Shown: one piece after another, positions 59,192 to 64,000 of the stretch
How the letters are laid out: each line of letters starts with the position of its first letter
How positions within the stretch are numbered: the first letter of the stretch is position 1
NCBI GenBank assembly: GCA_051362555.1
Contig: CM120646.1
Span: 20,150,001-20,214,000 of the forward strand
Direction: 5' to 3'
Origin: Lingula anatina
Taxonomy: Eukaryota > Animalia > Brachiopoda
DNA length: 64,000 bases
Translations under genes and position numbers: made by a program
Notes under the pieces: model-generated
What the model was told of the DNA's origin: nothing
Seen by the model: the letters and a program-made list of their open reading frames with translations, nothing else
Databases searched by the model: none

Positions 59192-62044
59192 ATGATTCGC
59201 CTTATTCTCCTCGCCTTGGTGGGCTGTGCCCTCGCCGATGAATACTATGGTAAGTAGATTTCGCTCATATGTTGTTGTAATAAATGTATTTTAATTTTGT
59301 GTACGGATCAAGGAGATTGCTCTAGACCTCAGTGCAAGGTCAAGTTTGAGAAGGCCAGGATGGCACACGCTATTTTACATTTTGCCATTATGATAGGCTT
59401 TTGCAGGATTCGCATATGAGTTTTAAGGTGTAACGGTATCATTAAAAATAAACAATCAAAATATCAAGTTGATAAGAATTTTCATTTCTAAAATGATTCC
59501 ATATATCCAATTAATCCTATTCGTTGAAATATATACAGTTGGAAAATCGATGCCTATAGAACATTTTTAAAAATTCGTTAACAGCGCCGCCACCTCCTGC
59601 CCCATTGAAGGATTTCTGCAGGAAGTGTATTGAGGAGAGAAATGGCGTAGGCTACTACGAGAACCCGGACGACTGCGCAAGTTACCTTCAGTGCGACTTG
59701 GATGATGACCTTAACACCAAGGTTCACGTGAGGGAATGCGCCGAGGGTTCTCTCTTCGATCGTGACATCGTTACCTGTGTCCCATGTGAGGTCGCCACCT
59801 GCCCAGGCAGCAGGGTACCCAACCCACAGTGCCCACCAAGAAGTGAGTCGATGATTATCATCTTTTTCCGAGAACAATGTGTGCTTATTTCTATATCTAT
59901 TAATTTCAGAAAGGGAAAAGTTTGCATTGTGAAAGGAAAGGATAAAAACGTACGTTCTAAACTAAATATGTACATGCCCTTTTGGATTTTTATGTTTAAA
60001 GTCACCATAATCACGGAAAACAATTTTACTTTATTCTCGCAGCCCCTCCACCAACCACCACCCACGCCTACACCACCCTTCCCCAGTTTGAAGGCAAATG
60101 TGACGGTCCTGACGGATGGACCTACTTGGCCGTCTGGGATGAAGCCAACATCTTCTACAGATCACAGACCCTTGGTGACGAAACCAGAATCGAGCGTGTC
60201 AGCTGCGGACCCTGGGAGTTCAGCGTTCAAAAATGCATGTGCGTGGTTCCAGGTACGTTGACAAGGCGTTTTCAACACAGAATTACATCATTCTGTGAAA
60301 AGGCAGGAAAAAAAGAACTTATCAATGTCATAAATTATAGTTGCCATAACAAGTGTCGATGTTTTTTTTAATGTCTACTTTGAAAATAGCTTAAATGGCT
60401 AAAACATTCCTTGTAGATCTCCAGGCTATTGCCCTGTGGGCTTTCGATGAGAACACTGACACCTCTGTCGATAACTTCTGGACAGACTGCACTGGCGTAG
60501 AACTTTCCGACGGTAAAGTCGGCTACGCTGCTAGCTTCAACGGCTCCGTCCACTGCGAGGTCCCACGTTTCAACAACTACCCATGGGGCGCCGGCCTCAC
60601 CATCTCTTTATGGGTCAGGGACGATGGTGGCAAAGGACGGTCAGGTGTTATTAGCAACGGCAACTGCGCTATCGAGCCAACCATCTCCATCTGGTCTGAA
60701 GGCGGTCGTCTTGGAGGCCGTGTCCTGGTTGACAACAACGGCACCCTCCTCACCATCGATCTCGGCTCAAGCGTAAGTATTATATTTGCCCAAAATGGTT
60801 CGACATAAGTTCTGATTTTTGCACTTAAATATTTTACAACGTGCTTTAAAAGCATAAATATGAATACACTTTGTTATGAAAATAAAACGTCTCACCACAT
60901 TCGTAACCGTTACAGACTTAAAAAATTAAAATAAATATTGATGTTCTATATGCAGGGTGGCAGCGGATGGAACCATGTCGCTTTGGTGTACGATGGTCTC
61001 AGACTGAGGTTGCTCGTCAACGAACAAGTTGTCGTTGATGAGATCGCTGTTGGTAAGTGCTCTTCTATTACCAATTCCAGCACCCTTGCGCATTTTAATG
61101 AAAAACCTACGAAAACTAAAATAGAGTTTTTTCTTTTAAAATTTTCACACGTTTTTATTTTGGAATGTATTTGAATGCTATTTTAAACTGTTATTTTTGG
61201 AGTTTATTATAGTACTACTAATTGTATTTGCAAAATATCTGTTAATTTGTGTTAGTGCGGCACATTTGATTTAGATAGGGAAACAAAGGTATCAGGACAA
61301 TCGAAATTTCATGATTAAGTTTACACAAGCATTCTAATCTCAGGTGCTATCCCAGCTACCCTTGCTCCACTGTACATGGGCAGAGACTTGAACTGTGAGG
61401 CCGTTGATGCTCGTTACAGCAACACCAACCTTGTCGGAGCTATTGATGAGGTAGTTATTTATCTATTATTTATGTAATTCCCACCGCAAATTTGACTTCT
61501 CGTTACAAATCAGATTCAAATTCTAGAAACTTTCGGGAATAATCCTTTTTGTATTGATTTTACATTATAAGGTGAAGACACGTAGAAAGAAAAATGAGTT
61601 ACAGAAAGGAAAAACGGATCCGTGGCTTAGATTATAAAAGAAAATAACTCAAATATATATTTTAATCATCATCTGGTCCGTCGCGGATTATGCCGAGTGT
61701 GCACCCAAGTATTAACAGCATGTCTCTAGCCATCCCAGTTCTTCACCTTCTTGCATACCCAGTCCCACTTTCTCCACTTCATTCTTTCAAATTTCCAATC
61801 CAGTATGTTCGAGGTCTACCTCTTCCTCGCTGTCCTTGCATTCCATCTTCCATCCATATATATTTAGTTATTTAATGATATATTTATTTGTAAAATCAGT
61901 ATCATTGACAAACAGGCAAGAAGTGTTCAATAACTTTGGGTTTTTCTTGCTTTTCAGGTCCAGATCTACGACTGGGCTCTTAGCGACTCCCAAGTGTGGA
62001 AAGTCTACGCTGGTGAGAGAAACATTCAGATGGCCAGATCTTAA
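59192..62044 (+). CDS. Secreted chitin-binding type-2 + LamG3 protein, tandem paralog B, about 390 aa
   Basis: Exons 59192-59249, 59585-59842, 60043-60252, 60417-60772, 60956-61052, 61344-61450, 61958-62044 total 1173 nt in frame, with the same intron phases as copy A. Confidence 0.88.
61664..61855 (-). mobile_element. 5'-truncated RTE-like LINE 3' end in the last intron of gene B
   Basis: The minus strand reads MEDGMQGQRGRGRPRTYWIGNLKE* (G-x-R-x-RGRP-x3-W C-terminal motif), followed by a short (GAT)n-like tail. Possible TSD atatatattt at 61653 and 61856. Confidence 0.65.
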
Positions 62045-63197
62045 ATCAAGGTCATTTGATTATCATTGATGATCACCACGGTTAACGACAAAAAGGTGAA
62101 GCTTATTGACGTGGAAATCTAATGAAACGGATTTTGGTCACGATTTCGATAAGTTCCCCCTAATGCATGTAATAGGAATCGAACAATGCCACAGTTCGTT
62201 GAATGTCATGGTGACAAGATGTTCATGTAACTGTTTATTCAGTGCAGTATTTTTATACCTAGGCTAGTAATCTGTGTTCATTGTTGTATTTTATTACACA
62301 CGTTATCAGTGTAGTTAAAACTACCTAGAACTTCTCCCATTTATGAAATATTCATATTTATTATTCTACTGAATCCCGTATTAGAATAAAGACTGCTTCT
62401 AGCAAATCTATTAAACCTCTTTGTTTGTTCGTTTTTCAAAATCACTGGGAATCTCACGCAAGGATGATAAGAATATGAATGTATTTGAATTTTGTGCGTA
62501 ATATTATATACAGCTGTCAGTTATCACTCACGTTATTGTCACTTACAGAATTTACACTGAAACCAGGTTTCGGGCTCATCCCCTCAACTTACCCTGAAAT
62601 ATTTAGAATATTTTAAGTACTGGAAGTGGTGATGTTAAAATTGTGAGCGCATGGGGTATAAGTGATCCCGCCTTGGGTCCTTTTCATATCGTGGGGTGTA
62701 CCTAGAACCCTATCTGCGTCGCCATCTTTTGAAAGGTTATCAACATTTGAAACAGCAAGGCATAAACTTGAAAGGGTCTGTAGCACAGATATCAAATCTA
62801 TGCGTATGTGCAGAGAGCGCGTTCTTAAGAATGAAAATATGAGGAAATTGACAAAGCCTTTCAGTATTGGTTGTTCCAGATTAAAAAATCTTTAAATATA
62901 AATGTAATAAGCATACTATAAAGAAAATCTATGCTGTCTGACCTTCAAATAACCTTAAAATGGATATTTTGTTGAAATTATTTCAAGCCTCCAAAAATCG
63001 TCTGCTTGACCTACATGTAGATTCGCAACAAGCCTCAAAGATTCGAAGCCTGTGCTAGCTTCTGCTAAAACACAGATCATATAATCGATAATCATTTTAA
63101 AAAGTAATAAAAAAGTGATCCCCGGCGCTAAAACAAAAATCGCATAAAGCCTATTTTACAAGTACTCGCCACCCACAGCCAAAAGGTGAGCTTACCA

Positions 63198-63421
63198 AGG
63201 ATTTCGAAAGGAAATGTATTGAGGAAAGAAATGGCGTAGATTATTGCCAGAACACGGACGACTGGGCAAGTGCGACTTGTTTGATGACCTTAACACCAGG
63301 GTTCACGTGAGGTAGTGTGCCGAAGGTACCCTCTTCGATGGTGACATCGTTACCTGTGTCCCCTGTGAGGTCGCTCCCTGCCCAGGCAGCAAGGTACCAC
63401 ACCTACGGTGCCCATAAAGGA
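63198..63421 (+). pseudogene. Pseudogenised copy of the chitin-binding exon (third paralog fragment)
   Basis: Aligns to 59608-59842 with a ~10-nt deletion, TAG and TAA stops and lost Cys codons. The donor and the first ~50 nt of intron resemble gene B. Confidence 0.88.
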
Positions 63422-63762
63422 GTGAGTTAGTTAATGAATATCATCTTATTCCGAGAACCATGTGTGCTGATTTGTGTTTTTATTCAAAATTTAATGAAAT
63501 GGAAAGTGATATAAAACGCAAGATTATTCATCTTTCCAGGCTGATAGAATATACATGTAGTAGTATAACAACAACGACCTTTGTTAAACATCATCTTAAA
63601 TTTGCTTGGGGAGGTCACTGATTAAAAAACAAGTCTGTGGGTGGTATTGCCTTACATTTCAGAAGGAAATGAATATTTATTTTTTTATTGGGAAAAAATT
63701 GGAAGAAAACGACCAAAACTTACATTATGCAAATATAAATGATTTTCTGATATAAAGCAGCC

Positions 63763-63972
63763 TTTTCAGTAACCACAACGTCCAGCCGTGCCCATACAGT
63801 AAACAATCATCTCTTCATAAGGTAGTGCAATACTTCACGTAATTTTGACATCTGTGACGGCCATCTATGAGAGCATTGTTTTAAGGGGAGCATAAAAACC
63901 CATGCGCCGCTCCAAACGGGTATCTTTTCAGCCGATAACGCAGACAGATCATCCACAGACCAGGTGAGCATT
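63763..63972. repeat. Second copy of the repeat at 58555-58768
   Basis: Direct alignment by eye. Confidence 0.8.
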
Positions 63973-64000
63973 ACAAATTCTCGTTGCAAAAAAAGTCACT

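Overview
AT-rich, intron-containing animal DNA, most likely a lophotrochozoan/mollusc (inferred from gene content, not proven). In order: the 5' part of CBS (-), head-to-head with a complete 16-exon PP2A scaffold A gene (+); a 4-exon secreted phospholipase A2 (-); TMEM145 (+); then two tandem secreted chitin-binding + LamG (Pif/LamG3-like) genes and a pseudogenised third fragment. Two things stand out. (1) TMEM145 has two clusters of duplicated, probably mutually exclusive exons (2 x exon 4, 3 x exon 6/TM1), and the surrounding introns fold into long G-U-rich hairpins, one of which pairs directly with the exon 4A splice donor. (2) A full-length, intact, apparently very recent L1/Tx1-type retrotransposon sits in TMEM145 intron 8, and its ORF1 ends in an IMPACT/YigZ (UPF0029)-like domain. 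Several MITEs, an RTE-like LINE tail and microsatellites are also present. All exon coordinates and pairings were read by eye; no searches or folding programs were run.
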